This document shows, one piece after another, positions 49,573 to 59,543 of a DNA stretch of 64,000 nt. Both the position numbers and the translations under genes were made by a program. The DNA lies in NCBI GenBank assembly GCA_052390235.1, contig JBQTHB010000006.1, forward strand, positions 32,001 to 96,000, given 5' to 3'. Every line of letters begins with the position of its first letter. Position 1 is the stretch's first letter. The stretch is from Deltaproteobacteria bacterium. GTDB taxonomy: Bacteria > Desulfobacterota_D > UBA1144 > Nemesobacterales > CSP1-2. Under the pieces are notes generated by a model. That model did no database searches and was not told where the DNA came from. It saw only the letters and a program-made list of their open reading frames with translations.

Positions 49573-50724
49573 CTAAGTCAAATCCTTTGTCTCGGGCAGA
49601 AGGGTGTTTAGGATGTCCTTCTGCAGCTCCTCCATACGGTTTTTTACCTCGGTGATTTCTTCCGGGAATTTCTCTCTATCCCTACACTCCTGAATAAGCA
49701 GATCAACTTTTGAAATTATGTGCCTCAGCTTCGTCTGAGCCTCGATATTCGCCTTAATAAACATCTCCTCATTGTCCCACTTTCGCTTGGCGTAGGCGTC
49801 GAGTTCTCTGGATTGAATAACGAGTTCTCGAAGACGCTCCTTGTAGCCATGAAGAGACTGATAAATAACAGATTGAATCTCGCCGCGCTCGTCGGGATTT
49901 CGCCACAGCACGTTCTCAAGGGCTAGGATGTCGCTCTCGCCTGCTTTGCCTCTGCCGTCGAGATAGGCGCGCGCTTTAAGGAGCAGGATGGACTGCTTGT
50001 AGCGCCTGTCGGAGAGTTGAATCCCCTTTTTTCTAAGCTCCCCCCTGATGCGCGCTATGAGTTTGAGCAGATACGGCGGGACCTCCACCATCTGAACCGC
50101 CGCCCTGCATTGATAAAGCTCACCGAGCGTAATGCGCGTCCGTTGCGGATGAGATTCGTCCGATTGAATCATCTTCAGAAATCTGAAATCCTCTCTTATA
50201 TAGTCCACAAAGTACCTGAGGAGAAATCTATCAAACAGGGCTTCAAGCCCGTCCTCTTCGGAGGGAAGCTCGTTGCTTGCCCCGAATAGAGCGATAAGGG
50301 GAACTTCCAGCGCACCGCTGCCATTGAAGAACACCCTCTCGTTCATTACCGTGAGCATTGTGTTTAGGATAGAGGAACTCGACTTGAAAACCTCGTCCAA
50401 GAAGGCAATGTGCGCCTCAGGGAGCTTATTGTGGGTTACCCTCCTGTACTCGTCGTTTTCGAGCGATTTGAGGCTCAGAGCGCCGAATATCTCCTCAGGG
50501 GTCGTGAATTTCGTAAGTAGCCACTGGAAGTAATTTGCCCCCTCGATTCTCTGGCAGATTTCGTGGGCAAGCTCCGATTTTGCCGTTCCCGGAGGCCCTA
50601 TGACGAGCAGATGAGAGCCTGACAGAAGGGCGCAGAGCGAGCCTTCTATTAAATCGTCTCTCTCAAAGAACTCGGCTTTGAGCTCTTCTCTAATTTTTCT
50701 GAGCCTTTCTAATCCTCTTTCCAT
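49573..50724 (-). CDS. RavA/MoxR-family AAA+ ATPase
   Basis: GPPGTAKS, FQWLLTKFTTPEEIFG, AFLDEVFKSSSSILN, GASNELP, ALFDRFLLR, SDRR. Confidence 0.88.
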   Translation of the reverse strand: MERGLERLRKIREELKAEFFERDDLIEGSLCALLSGSHLLVIGPPGTAKSELAHEICQRIEGANYFQWLLTKFTTPEEIFGALSLKSLENDEYRRVTHNKLPEAHIAFLDEVFKSSSSILNTMLTVMNERVFFNGSGALEVPLIALFGASNELPSEEDGLEALFDRFLLRYFVDYIREDFRFLKMIQSDESHPQRTRITLGELYQCRAAVQMVEVPPYLLKLIARIRGELRKKGIQLSDRRYKQSILLLKARAYLDGRGKAGESDILALENVLWRNPDERGEIQSVIYQSLHGYKERLRELVIQSRELDAYAKRKWDNEEMFIKANIEAQTKLRHIISKVDLLIQECRDREKFPEEITEVKNRMEELQKDILNTLLPETKDLT

Positions 50725-51830
50725 GATACTATATTCACTCCTCTTGAGCCTTGAGATACAGCTTTTTTAAGCACCGCGTTCGTAACCCTGACCGTTGGAT
50801 TTTCCTCTCCGAAGCTCCCCGTCGATAAGACCGAGAACACATCGCTTCTGCCGGGACCAAGCGCCACGCCCGTAAGACCGGGGGCAATGGTAAGCGAGGT
50901 GTCGGTTGTTCTGGCTATTTGGCTAACCACGCGGCGGTCAACGACCGGATTATTCTCTCTCGCCTCGATGACGGCTTCGGCAATGTTTTCGGCGACCTCA
51001 TCGGACACCTCTTGAGCCGTCGCCCCGCCCTGCCCTCTGATGGCGGAGACTGCCGCCGCCTTGACCGATGCCATAAGCACGAGCTTTGTCGCCGTACTGA
51101 AATTTATCTTTTTATCGGAGGGATAGACCGTAACGAAGTCCTTGATTTGCGTGAAGAACTCATCGTCCATCCCCTCGATGAAGCGAATCTCGGCAACGCT
51201 GTCGAGGGCGCCGTCCTTTATGGCATAGGGCTTGTCCAGCGAGGCGTAAAACCCTGCCGCCGCGCCGCTTGGGTCTTGGTCGTTTCCAATTTGCGAGCCT
51301 TCTATCGAGCGGTCGAGCCAGTTGACGAGGCTTGAGATAAAAAGCGAGGATTTCCCGCCCTCAACCCCCAGGAGTCTGAAAAGCTCCCTTACTTGGGCAA
51401 GCGTCTGCTGGTCAACCTGATTGGTACTCTGGCTTACAAGGGCATTGAGATTCACCTTTGAGCGCTCGTCGGTAACCGTTACCGATAAATAACCTCCCCC
51501 AATGGGAAAAGGAGGAAACGTTATCGCCCACCTGCCTTCATCCCCCAGACCTGCGGCAGAGGACGCGGGAGATGACGAGGCCAGCCCCATTTCCTCAAGG
51601 GCGCTGTTTTTCATTGCTCCGGCGACGACATAGACCCCGGATTTGGCGATGTATCGCGCCTTGAGGTCGTCTCTGGTGTTGGCGGATATTTCGGCGTCAA
51701 TCTGGCTTGAATATATAAAATCAACTACGAGAATAGACAAAATCGCCACGGCTATCAGCGTTATGAGGAGAATTACCCCTCTTTCGGAATTTCTATGAGT
51801 CATCATTTTCCCTCTCGCCCCCTTTGCCAA
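50709..51830 (-). CDS. gspK: Type II secretion minor pseudopilin GspK
   Basis: RG|VILLITL, DERSKVNLNAL, WLD, KINFSTA; start uncertain. Confidence 0.87.
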   Translation of the reverse strand: MAKGARGKMMTHRNSERGVILLITLIAVAILSILVVDFIYSSQIDAEISANTRDDLKARYIAKSGVYVVAGAMKNSALEEMGLASSSPASSAAGLGDEGRWAITFPPFPIGGGYLSVTVTDERSKVNLNALVSQSTNQVDQQTLAQVRELFRLLGVEGGKSSLFISSLVNWLDRSIEGSQIGNDQDPSGAAAGFYASLDKPYAIKDGALDSVAEIRFIEGMDDEFFTQIKDFVTVYPSDKKINFSTATKLVLMASVKAAAVSAIRGQGGATAQEVSDEVAENIAEAVIEARENNPVVDRRVVSQIARTTDTSLTIAPGLTGVALGPGRSDVFSVLSTGSFGEENPTVRVTNAVLKKAVSQGSRGVNIVSWKED

Positions 51831-51884
51831 TATCTACCCCTCCCTCCCCCGCGGTTCAGGACAGAGAGCGGGCATTGCCGATAA

Positions 51885-52538
51885 TCAATTCGCCGCCGGT
51901 ATCGCTACAAACGATTCAAACCGCAGGTCTTCTCCCCTTGGGCTTCTCATCGTCAGAGCCACAGCCACAGCCCTGGGGAGAGAGGCGCTCTGGGCTGAAC
52001 TCCACTCAGGAACAAAACCCTCCTCGGTGTTGCGAAAATATAAAATCTCAAACGCTACGACCCTATCTGAAATGGGATATTCGAGCGCGTCGCCTTCAAC
52101 CCCGATTTTAGACGACTCCCTGCGCATGAGGTAGAACAAATCCCCATCGGGCAGAGGCGCTAAGTAGTAGCTGATGAGAGCCTGGTCGGAGTCCCTAGGA
52201 TTCAGCCCCGCATCGTGAGAGAGCGAGGTAAAAGTAACCGCGCTCTGCCCGCCTGATGCCCTCGTTCCAAGGAAGAAATCCTCAGCCGCCAAGGAGGTGG
52301 GAAATACCCGTCCTCTCGGATACGCCGCCTCGAAGTCCCTCGACAATCTGGCGAGAATCGTTCGGGCTTCATGATAAGCCTCAAGCTCGGTTTCTACGGT
52401 GTCTTTTGCCTTGATAATCTGAAAGAAAGACGAATACAGAGCCGTTAAGAGGATGCTCCCGATGAAAACCGCGAGAAGCACCTCTAACAGAGTGAACCCC
52501 TCAGCGGAATTCCGATGTTGCGAGCGTAATAATAAAAT
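51885..52538 (-). CDS. gspJ: Type II secretion minor pseudopilin GspJ (no canonical start before prepilin motif)
   Basis: In-frame EG|FTLLEVLLAV upstream of the ORF-track GTG at 52481; LPRAV C-terminal motif; 5' end uncertain. Confidence 0.8.
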   Translation of the reverse strand: MLLLRSQHRNSAEGFTLLEVLLAVFIGSILLTALYSSFFQIIKAKDTVETELEAYHEARTILARLSRDFEAAYPRGRVFPTSLAAEDFFLGTRASGGQSAVTFTSLSHDAGLNPRDSDQALISYYLAPLPDGDLFYLMRRESSKIGVEGDALEYPISDRVVAFEILYFRNTEEGFVPEWSSAQSASLPRAVAVALTMRSPRGEDLRFESFVAIPAAN

Positions 52539-52890
52539 TTTCCCGCCCCCCGTCCCACTGGACTTCTAAATTGATGACTCGAAGCTCAATGCCGAGCTGG
52601 GCTATGGGCAGAGGGTTTATCGACAGAAACCACCTAAATCCCGGAGATTCTTCAAACTCCCCCGACTCTTCCCTTATTTCGGGATACCCCTCAAGCTCGA
52701 TTTCCGTGATTTTCTTCTGCGCCAGCGCCTCGGCAACGGTCAGATTTCTCGATTTCGAGGCGAGGGCTAAATTTCTATTCACCGCCCCAAGCAACACCGT
52801 AAGCGAGAGGCCCAGTATCGCCAGCGCCACAAGCACCTCGAGCAGTGTAAACCCGCCGCGCCGACCCCTATCTATTGAAGAACTCGACAT
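52501..52890 (-). CDS. gspI: Type II secretion minor pseudopilin GspI
   Basis: GG|FTLLEVLVALAIL; position between gspH and gspJ. Confidence 0.85.
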   Translation of the reverse strand: MSSSSIDRGRRGGFTLLEVLVALAILGLSLTVLLGAVNRNLALASKSRNLTVAEALAQKKITEIELEGYPEIREESGEFEESPGFRWFLSINPLPIAQLGIELRVINLEVQWDGGRENFIITLATSEFR

Positions 52891-53377
52891 ATTCGTCATA
52901 TACGATAGTGCCGCCCGTATAGGGCTTTGTAACCAGAGTGTAATTGCTCCCGCTCTCGGTTTCAATGTGAATCACCGCCGGCTCTACGAACCCCTTGGGA
53001 GAGAATAAAATATACTCCCGCTCGTCCAGCAGGGATTTCCCCACGCTCCTCTCGGTCTGAACGTCCTTGAAGCGCACGCCGTCGGGGAGTTTTTTTCGCC
53101 TTAGCTGAGGCTCGGCGGAGGAGAAGAATTCGTTCCCCTCCAGGGTTTCAACCCAATACTCGCCCCTGTCAATATCGAACGAGAGCCTATAGACTTTTTT
53201 CTTAAAGACGGCCTCGTTATAGAGATATTTTATCGTGCCGCCGAGCCTTCGGGACGCGCTCTTTATGTTGACCTCGGCGAGGTCTTGAAATTTAGGCGCC
53301 GCCACGAGAGCAAACACTCCCACTAGCAGGATTGCGACGGAAAGCTCAATTAGCGTAAAACCCTCTTTTCTGCTCAT
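52868..53377 (-). CDS. gspH: Type II secretion minor pseudopilin GspH
   Basis: EG|FTLIEL; FSPKG; follows gspG. Confidence 0.82.
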   Translation of the reverse strand: MSRKEGFTLIELSVAILLVGVFALVAAPKFQDLAEVNIKSASRRLGGTIKYLYNEAVFKKKVYRLSFDIDRGEYWVETLEGNEFFSSAEPQLRRKKLPDGVRFKDVQTERSVGKSLLDEREYILFSPKGFVEPAVIHIETESGSNYTLVTKPYTGGTIVYDEYVEFFNR

Positions 53378-53802
53378 TCTATATTGCGGCTCGTGATGTC
53401 GTCGTCGTTCTGCGGGACGCCGTCTTCCCCGGAGGAGATGATTTCAAAAGAGCCGTCCTGGGTTTGGTCTGGCCCTATATAAACGAATGCGCCACCCCAA
53501 GCGTCCTGCGGCAGACGCTTATCCGAAAGATACCCGTCCGGGGGATATTTTCTGATTGCCCTTCCCACGCCCGGAGGCGCGATGAGAGACTCAAGACCCT
53601 GCTGGGTTTCGGGGTAAAAACCGTTGTCAACCTTAAATAGCCCAAGCGCGGATTCGAGCTGTTTTATCTGGATTTTCGTCTGCTCCACTCGCGCCTGCCC
53701 CAGCCTCCCGATAACGTTCGTGCTGACAATATAGACTAGCCCCGCGATAATAACGAGAACGACCATAATTTCGATGAGAGTAAAACCGCCCTGCGACTTC
53801 AT
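53374..53802 (-). CDS. gspG: Type II secretion major pseudopilin GspG
   Basis: GG|FTLIEIMVV, DNGFYPETQQGLESL, DAWG, SSGEDG...DDI. Confidence 0.95.
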   Translation of the reverse strand: MKSQGGFTLIEIMVVLVIIAGLVYIVSTNVIGRLGQARVEQTKIQIKQLESALGLFKVDNGFYPETQQGLESLIAPPGVGRAIRKYPPDGYLSDKRLPQDAWGGAFVYIGPDQTQDGSFEIISSGEDGVPQNDDDITSRNIE

Positions 53803-53955
53803 ATCTGCTCTGACCTCCTAGAATAAATATCTCATATTAAATTCCGCGCCCGCCGCGTGTTTATATTATACAGATTGCGCAGTATAGAGCCGGGAAAAAG
53901 GACGCTCAACACTTCGGATAATCTCATCAGCAATCCCCCCCTCTGCCCATTGCCT

Positions 53956-55167
53956 CTAAGTGCCAATGGTTGATGTTAAGTCAAATATCGGCAGAAGTAT
54001 CGCAAATACGATAAATCCGACGACGCCCCCAATGAGCAGTATCATGACCGGCTCAAGGAGCGAGGTTAGCGTTGAGACCGACGTTTCAATTTGCAAATCG
54101 TAAATATCTGCCACCTTGACGAGCATCCCCTCTAGCTCTCCGGTCTGCTCCCCCACGGCAATCATCCGGGTCATAAGCGGAGGGAATACGCCCGTATCTC
54201 TGAGGGGCTTGGCGAAGCTCGCGCCTTCCCGCACATTTTCCCTCACCCCCCGCAGTTTCTCCTCATAGACGACGTTTCCCAGCACGGCTTCCCCGATTTC
54301 AAGGGCGTCGAGAAGGGGGATGCCGCTCCCCAGCAGAGTGCCTATCGTGCGCGTGAATCTCGATATGATGACCATTTTCCCAATGCGCCCGAATATGGGA
54401 ACGCGCAGGGTTATACCGTCGAAAATCCTCCTGCCTCGCTCAGTCTTTGAGAACCTGTAGGCGAGGAATATCCCGCCGGCAAGGAGTATGAGAAGCACGA
54501 ATAAATTGTTAGTGATGAAATTACTCGTCTCAATCAGGGCGACGGTTATAAAGGGCAGAGCCTTGCCGCTGTCTTCAAATATCTTAGCAATCTTGGGGAT
54601 GACGTATGTCATCATAAAAAAAAGCACGCCGCCCCCGATGACAAACATAAAGAGCGGATATATGAGCGCGCTTCTCACGCGGGAGCGCAGAGCGGTCTGC
54701 TTTTCGAGAAAATCGGCAAGCCTCAGAAGCACGATGTCGAGCGTGCCGCTTGCCTCGCCGGCTCTGACCATATTGATATAGAGGTCTGAGAAAACGCTCG
54801 GATGCTCCCTCAGCGCATTCGTAAGCGATGAGCCTTCGTTGATTCTATCCCTTACCTGAGTGAGAATTTGAGCGAGCTTGGAGTCTTCGGTCTGCTCGGC
54901 GAGGGCGGCAAGCGAGGCTTCGAGCGGGAGTCCCGCAGAGATGAGAGTGGAGAACTGGCGGGTCGTAACAGAAAGCTCCGCCGAGCTTACGCTCTTGAAT
55001 ACGGAGAATTTCTTCACCCGCCCCTCTTCTTTGATTTCGTCAATAGAGGAGAGGAAAAACCCCTGCCGCTTTAATTTCTCCCCCGCCGCCTTGGGGGAGT
55101 CGGCGTCAATTATTCCGTCTAGGGTTTTCCCGCGGTCGCTGATGGCTTTGTATTTATATACGGGCAT
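53956..55167 (-). CDS. gspF: Type II secretion inner-membrane platform protein GspF
   Basis: MPVYKYKA, RAGEASGTL, ALIYP, VGEQTGEL, LLEP. Confidence 0.94.
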   Translation of the reverse strand: MPVYKYKAISDRGKTLDGIIDADSPKAAGEKLKRQGFFLSSIDEIKEEGRVKKFSVFKSVSSAELSVTTRQFSTLISAGLPLEASLAALAEQTEDSKLAQILTQVRDRINEGSSLTNALREHPSVFSDLYINMVRAGEASGTLDIVLLRLADFLEKQTALRSRVRSALIYPLFMFVIGGGVLFFMMTYVIPKIAKIFEDSGKALPFITVALIETSNFITNNLFVLLILLAGGIFLAYRFSKTERGRRIFDGITLRVPIFGRIGKMVIISRFTRTIGTLLGSGIPLLDALEIGEAVLGNVVYEEKLRGVRENVREGASFAKPLRDTGVFPPLMTRMIAVGEQTGELEGMLVKVADIYDLQIETSVSTLTSLLEPVMILLIGGVVGFIVFAILLPIFDLTSTIGT

Positions 55168-55211
55168 TTATTCACATCACACAGGGTTAGGTATAGCGCG
55201 CCGCGCTGGTT

Positions 55212-56888
55212 TTATAAACCGTCCTCTTCGGTAACGCGCATGACCTCGTCTATCGAGGTTAAGCCCTTGATAATTTTATCAGCCCCGTCCATTCTGAGGG
55301 TCGTCATACCGCGGTGAACGGCTTTTTTCTTTATCTTCGTGGAGTCTGCCGAAGAGAGCGTGAGGTTTCTCGTGTCGTCGTCAATGACGAGGGTCTCGAA
55401 TATGCCGGTTCTGCCGCTGTAGCCTGTGCCGAGGCATTCGTTGCACCCTACGGCGCGGTAAATCATGCCGGAGGTTATCTGCTTTCTCGCAAGCCCTATG
55501 CGCTCCAGTTCCTCGTCGGCGGGGCGGTACGGCTCTCTACAGCGCAGGCACAGAAGCCGAAGTAGCCTCTGCGCAACGACAGCCATCAGGGACGACGCCA
55601 CCAAAAACGGCTCGATTCCCATATCGAGAAGCCTAGTTATGGCGCTTGCCGAGTCGTTTGTATGGAGGGTCGAGAAAACCAAATGTCCAGTGAGGGATGC
55701 GTGAATGGCGATGTCAGCGGTCTCGCGGTCTCGGATTTCGCCGATGAGAATTACGTCTGGGTCTTGGCGCAGAACTGAACGAAGCCCATTTGCAAAGGTG
55801 AGGCTCACCTTGGAATTGACCTGAATTTGATTCACCCCCTGAAGCTGATACTCCACGGGGTCTTCGACGGTGATGATTTTTTTATCGGCGGAGTTAATCC
55901 TCACGAGGCTCGCGTAGAGGGTCGTGGTCTTGCCGCTTCCCGTGGGGCCCGTAACGAGGATGATGCCGTGAGGGCGGCGCACTAGGGAGTTTATAGTGTT
56001 GAGCTTCTGCCCCTCAAGCCCCAAGTCCTCAAGGCTCAGCAGCACCGATGAGCGGTCTAATAGTCTCATCACCACGCTCTCTCCCCATGTGGTTGGCACG
56101 GTTGAGATACGCACATCCACGTCTCTGCCCGCGACTTTCACGCGGATTCTGCCGTCCTGAGGCTTCCTCTTCTCGGCAATATCGAGTTCAGCCATAATTT
56201 TCACCCTCGAAATTATGGACGACTGTAGCCTCTTTGGCACTGCCGTAACCTTGTGGAGCATCCCGTCCTTGCGGTATCGGATGAGTACGTCCTTCTCGAA
56301 GCACTCGATGTGAATATCGCTTGCCTTCTCTTTTATGGCTTGGAACATGAGGGAGTTTACGAACCTTATGACCGGCGCTTCGTCCTCGGCTTCGAGGAGG
56401 TCTTTGGGCTCCTGAAGGTCAGATTCGCTAATGCCCTCAGGGTTTTCTCCAATCTCGTCGGTCATCTCCTTGCCGCGCTCATAGACCTTATTGATGCAGT
56501 CAATCACAGATGAGCTAAGCGCGAGGATAGGCTCCACCTCGCACCCAAGCAGGGATTTCACTTCATCCAGCGCGTAGAGGTCAAGCGGCGGGGCGACGGC
56601 GATGACGACTTTATTGTCCCCCCTTCTAAGCGGGATGAGCCGGAAACGCTTGGCGAAACTTATGGGCAGGAGTTTTACTATTTCCGGGTCAACGTCGCGC
56701 TCGGAGACGTTCAGAATATAGGGGATGTCGTAGTATTCGGACAGCACGTCCAGCACTTCTTTATCCGTGAGGGCTTTGGATTTGAGAAGCGCGTCTTCTA
56801 CCCTCTCGCCGTTTTTTGCGAGAAGCTCTGAGATATTGGCCTGCGCCTGAGGGATACGCTCGGTGATAATTTCTTCGAGTCTCTTCAT
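55212..56888 (-). CDS. gspE: Type II secretion ATPase GspE
   Basis: ASDIHIE, PQDGRI, TGPTGSGKTTTLY, EDPVE, RQDPDVILIGEIRD, STLHTN, tetracysteine motif. Confidence 0.95.
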   Translation of the reverse strand: MKRLEEIITERIPQAQANISELLAKNGERVEDALLKSKALTDKEVLDVLSEYYDIPYILNVSERDVDPEIVKLLPISFAKRFRLIPLRRGDNKVVIAVAPPLDLYALDEVKSLLGCEVEPILALSSSVIDCINKVYERGKEMTDEIGENPEGISESDLQEPKDLLEAEDEAPVIRFVNSLMFQAIKEKASDIHIECFEKDVLIRYRKDGMLHKVTAVPKRLQSSIISRVKIMAELDIAEKRKPQDGRIRVKVAGRDVDVRISTVPTTWGESVVMRLLDRSSVLLSLEDLGLEGQKLNTINSLVRRPHGIILVTGPTGSGKTTTLYASLVRINSADKKIITVEDPVEYQLQGVNQIQVNSKVSLTFANGLRSVLRQDPDVILIGEIRDRETADIAIHASLTGHLVFSTLHTNDSASAITRLLDMGIEPFLVASSLMAVVAQRLLRLLCLRCREPYRPADEELERIGLARKQITSGMIYRAVGCNECLGTGYSGRTGIFETLVIDDDTRNLTLSSADSTKIKKKAVHRGMTTLRMDGADKIIKGLTSIDEVMRVTEEDGL

Positions 56889-56977
56889 TGTGTCAAAAGT
56901 TCCCGCGCTGGGATTAGAAAATCAGCCGGGGCAGGCTCTCACGCGCCGCCCGCAGGGTCTCCGACGCCCGCGCAACT

Positions 56978-59455
56978 CTAATTGAGCTCTTTTTGCTGGA
57001 GTAGCATATTTTGCTTCTGCTTTTCTTCGAGGATGCTCTGCATCTGAATTTCGCTCTCAACGATGCGCGGAGTAAGTAGAATCATCAGATTAATCTTACT
57101 GCTCCTTCTGGATTTAAATTTAAAGAAATTTCCGAAGAAGGGAATATCCCCTATGAGCGGCACTTTGCTCTCTGCCGTGCTTTCCCTGTCCTGCACCAAG
57201 CCTCCGATGACGATGGTCTGCCCGTTTTTAACCACCACTGATGAATCGGCGGTTCTCGTCGTCGTGGCAATGCCAAACTGAGCGGTGTTGAGTCCTGCGG
57301 GGGCGTCCCTTACGGCGGAGACCTCGGTGAGGATATTCAGCGTGAGGTAATCCCCTTCGCTGATTTGAGGGGTTATGGCAAGGCGGATTCCCACGGGCTG
57401 ACGCTCAATGGTCTGCACGGTAACTCCGGTCTCAGCGACGGTGCTTCCAGTGGGGAAGGGAATTACGTCCGCAACGATGATTTCTGCCTCTTCATTATCG
57501 GTCGTGAGGAGGCTTGGGGTGGACAGCACGTTCACATCCGTAAGCGAGCTTAGGGCTTGATATAGGGCGCTGAAAGAAGGCACAGGCGGTATGGGGCCCG
57601 AGCCATCTGGGTCAACGGTGTCCCCTATAACTCCGAGAAATAGCCCGGATATGCTCCCCACGGCAGACACCAGAGAGCTTGAGCTTGCCGCCGCTCCGAG
57701 GAGGCTGGGGATTCCGGGAAGAGCCGTGCCGCCAAATCCGAGGTTGTCGTTATTGATAATTGCGCCGAGGCTGAAATTTCCCCCGAGGGATTTGAGCTTC
57801 TCGAGGCTTATCTCAAGTATCGCCGCCTCGACGAAGACCTGTCTGCGCCTTATATCGAGCTGGTCTATGACCCCTTTTACGGATTCATAATCCCTTCTCG
57901 AACCCACAATAATTACGGAGTTCGTAGCCGGGTCTGCGGTTATCCTAATGCCGTCGGCTTCGGCGACGACCGAGGAGAACACCCCTTGGTTTTCCTGCCC
58001 TCGATTTGTCTGGTCGCCCCCGCCCTGCTGTCCGAACCCGAAGTTGCCGCCCTGCCTCCCTTGGAATCCAAAACCGCCTCCTCCTGTGTTCTGCCTGCCG
58101 GACGAGACAAAGACGCTCCCGCCCTGATTTCTATTGCGCCTGTTCGATGTGCCGAACTGCCCTAGCTGAGAGCCAAGTCCCGTAACGCCGCCTCCGCCGC
58201 CGCCCCCGCCTATGAGCCCTGAGATGACCGATACTACCTGCTCGGCGTCCGCGTTTTGCAGACGGATGACGTATATCCCCTGCTCAGGCTGGTCAATTTT
58301 TACATCGAGCATGGCAATTATGGATTTTATCTTCTGCATATCATCGGGGTATGCGATGACGATGAGGGAATTCGTGCGCTCGTCGGTTAAGACCTTTAGC
58401 CCGGACACAGGGGCTTGAGAGAGCCCTCCTGGGGACTGAGGGGCTTGCTGTATGGGGACGTTGCGGGGCTGGCGTGGGGAGACGTTCTGCTGAATTGATG
58501 GGCCGCCCGCGCCTGCGCCAAAGATGCCGGAGAGCTTCTCGGCAATATCGAGGGCGTCGGAGTTCTCGATTTTGATAAACTCGACGACGGTGTCTTGGTC
58601 AATGCTGTCGATAATTTTGAGGAGCTTATTGAGATTTGAGACCGTATCCACGATGATGAGGGTGTTGAGTCCCGGATACAGGAGAATATCGCCCTCTTTC
58701 GAGACCAAGGGTTTTAGAGTGTTAGTGATGTCGGCGGCGTTTAGGTTTTTGAGCGGCACAAGGCGGGTTACAAACCTATCCGAGGACGCGCCGTAGCCCT
58801 TGCCAACTTCAATCGGGAGGGTCTCGCCCTTTATGTCTCTCTTGGGGATGACCTTATTTACGCTGTCTTTTTTGATAATGGTAAACCCGTTTAAATCCAG
58901 AATCGCCTCAAAGAGCCTTATGGCGTTTCGCTCCTTGAACCCTCCCCTTGGGGTGATGATGGTTATCTGCTTGCCCCTTACGGATTCATCGAGGATGAAC
59001 GTCTCGCCGGTGATTTCACTGATGGTCTGAATCATGTCCCTGATGTCCATCTCAGCCTGGAGGTTTACTACTTCCTCCTGCGGGGCAGACAGCGGACTCG
59101 GAGTGATTCTGATTACCGGCGCAGGGGCGGGGGTAATCTGCCTCGGAGCGGGGGTTATTTCCTGAACCAGAGGGGGAGTTTGAATCGGCTCGTCGTTATC
59201 ATCGCCTTCTCCGGGATTCTCCTGGGGGGCGGGGTCTGGGTTTTCATCGGAGGAATCCTCGCCCTCTTCTGTGGGCGGCTCTAGGAGTTGAACCGGGGCG
59301 ATACGCTTGGTCGCTCCATTGGGGGGGGATGTAGCCCCATTTTTATTGGATTTTCCATTGTGTATCTGAGCGTCTTGGCTCCTTGCATCCACGCCGGGCG
59401 CGACGACGAGCGTCATGAGGCAGAGAATATTTATAATTCTTTTTTTCATATTCAC
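56978..59455 (-). CDS. gspD: Type II secretion secretin GspD
   Basis: N0-N3 domains (DERTNSLIV, DPATNSVII), QVFVEAAILE, KVPLIGDIPFFG, ILLTPRIV. Confidence 0.94.
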   Translation of the reverse strand: MNMKKRIINILCLMTLVVAPGVDARSQDAQIHNGKSNKNGATSPPNGATKRIAPVQLLEPPTEEGEDSSDENPDPAPQENPGEGDDNDEPIQTPPLVQEITPAPRQITPAPAPVIRITPSPLSAPQEEVVNLQAEMDIRDMIQTISEITGETFILDESVRGKQITIITPRGGFKERNAIRLFEAILDLNGFTIIKKDSVNKVIPKRDIKGETLPIEVGKGYGASSDRFVTRLVPLKNLNAADITNTLKPLVSKEGDILLYPGLNTLIIVDTVSNLNKLLKIIDSIDQDTVVEFIKIENSDALDIAEKLSGIFGAGAGGPSIQQNVSPRQPRNVPIQQAPQSPGGLSQAPVSGLKVLTDERTNSLIVIAYPDDMQKIKSIIAMLDVKIDQPEQGIYVIRLQNADAEQVVSVISGLIGGGGGGGGVTGLGSQLGQFGTSNRRNRNQGGSVFVSSGRQNTGGGGFGFQGRQGGNFGFGQQGGGDQTNRGQENQGVFSSVVAEADGIRITADPATNSVIIVGSRRDYESVKGVIDQLDIRRRQVFVEAAILEISLEKLKSLGGNFSLGAIINNDNLGFGGTALPGIPSLLGAAASSSSLVSAVGSISGLFLGVIGDTVDPDGSGPIPPVPSFSALYQALSSLTDVNVLSTPSLLTTDNEEAEIIVADVIPFPTGSTVAETGVTVQTIERQPVGIRLAITPQISEGDYLTLNILTEVSAVRDAPAGLNTAQFGIATTTRTADSSVVVKNGQTIVIGGLVQDRESTAESKVPLIGDIPFFGNFFKFKSRRSSKINLMILLTPRIVESEIQMQSILEEKQKQNMLLQQKELN

Positions 59456-59543
59456 TTAACTCTCCTTAATAAAACTTTCAGATGAATACCGCAAAGCCCC
59501 CTCCAGCTCGGAATGACTTATCCCACTCATCCCCCAGCGCGTC

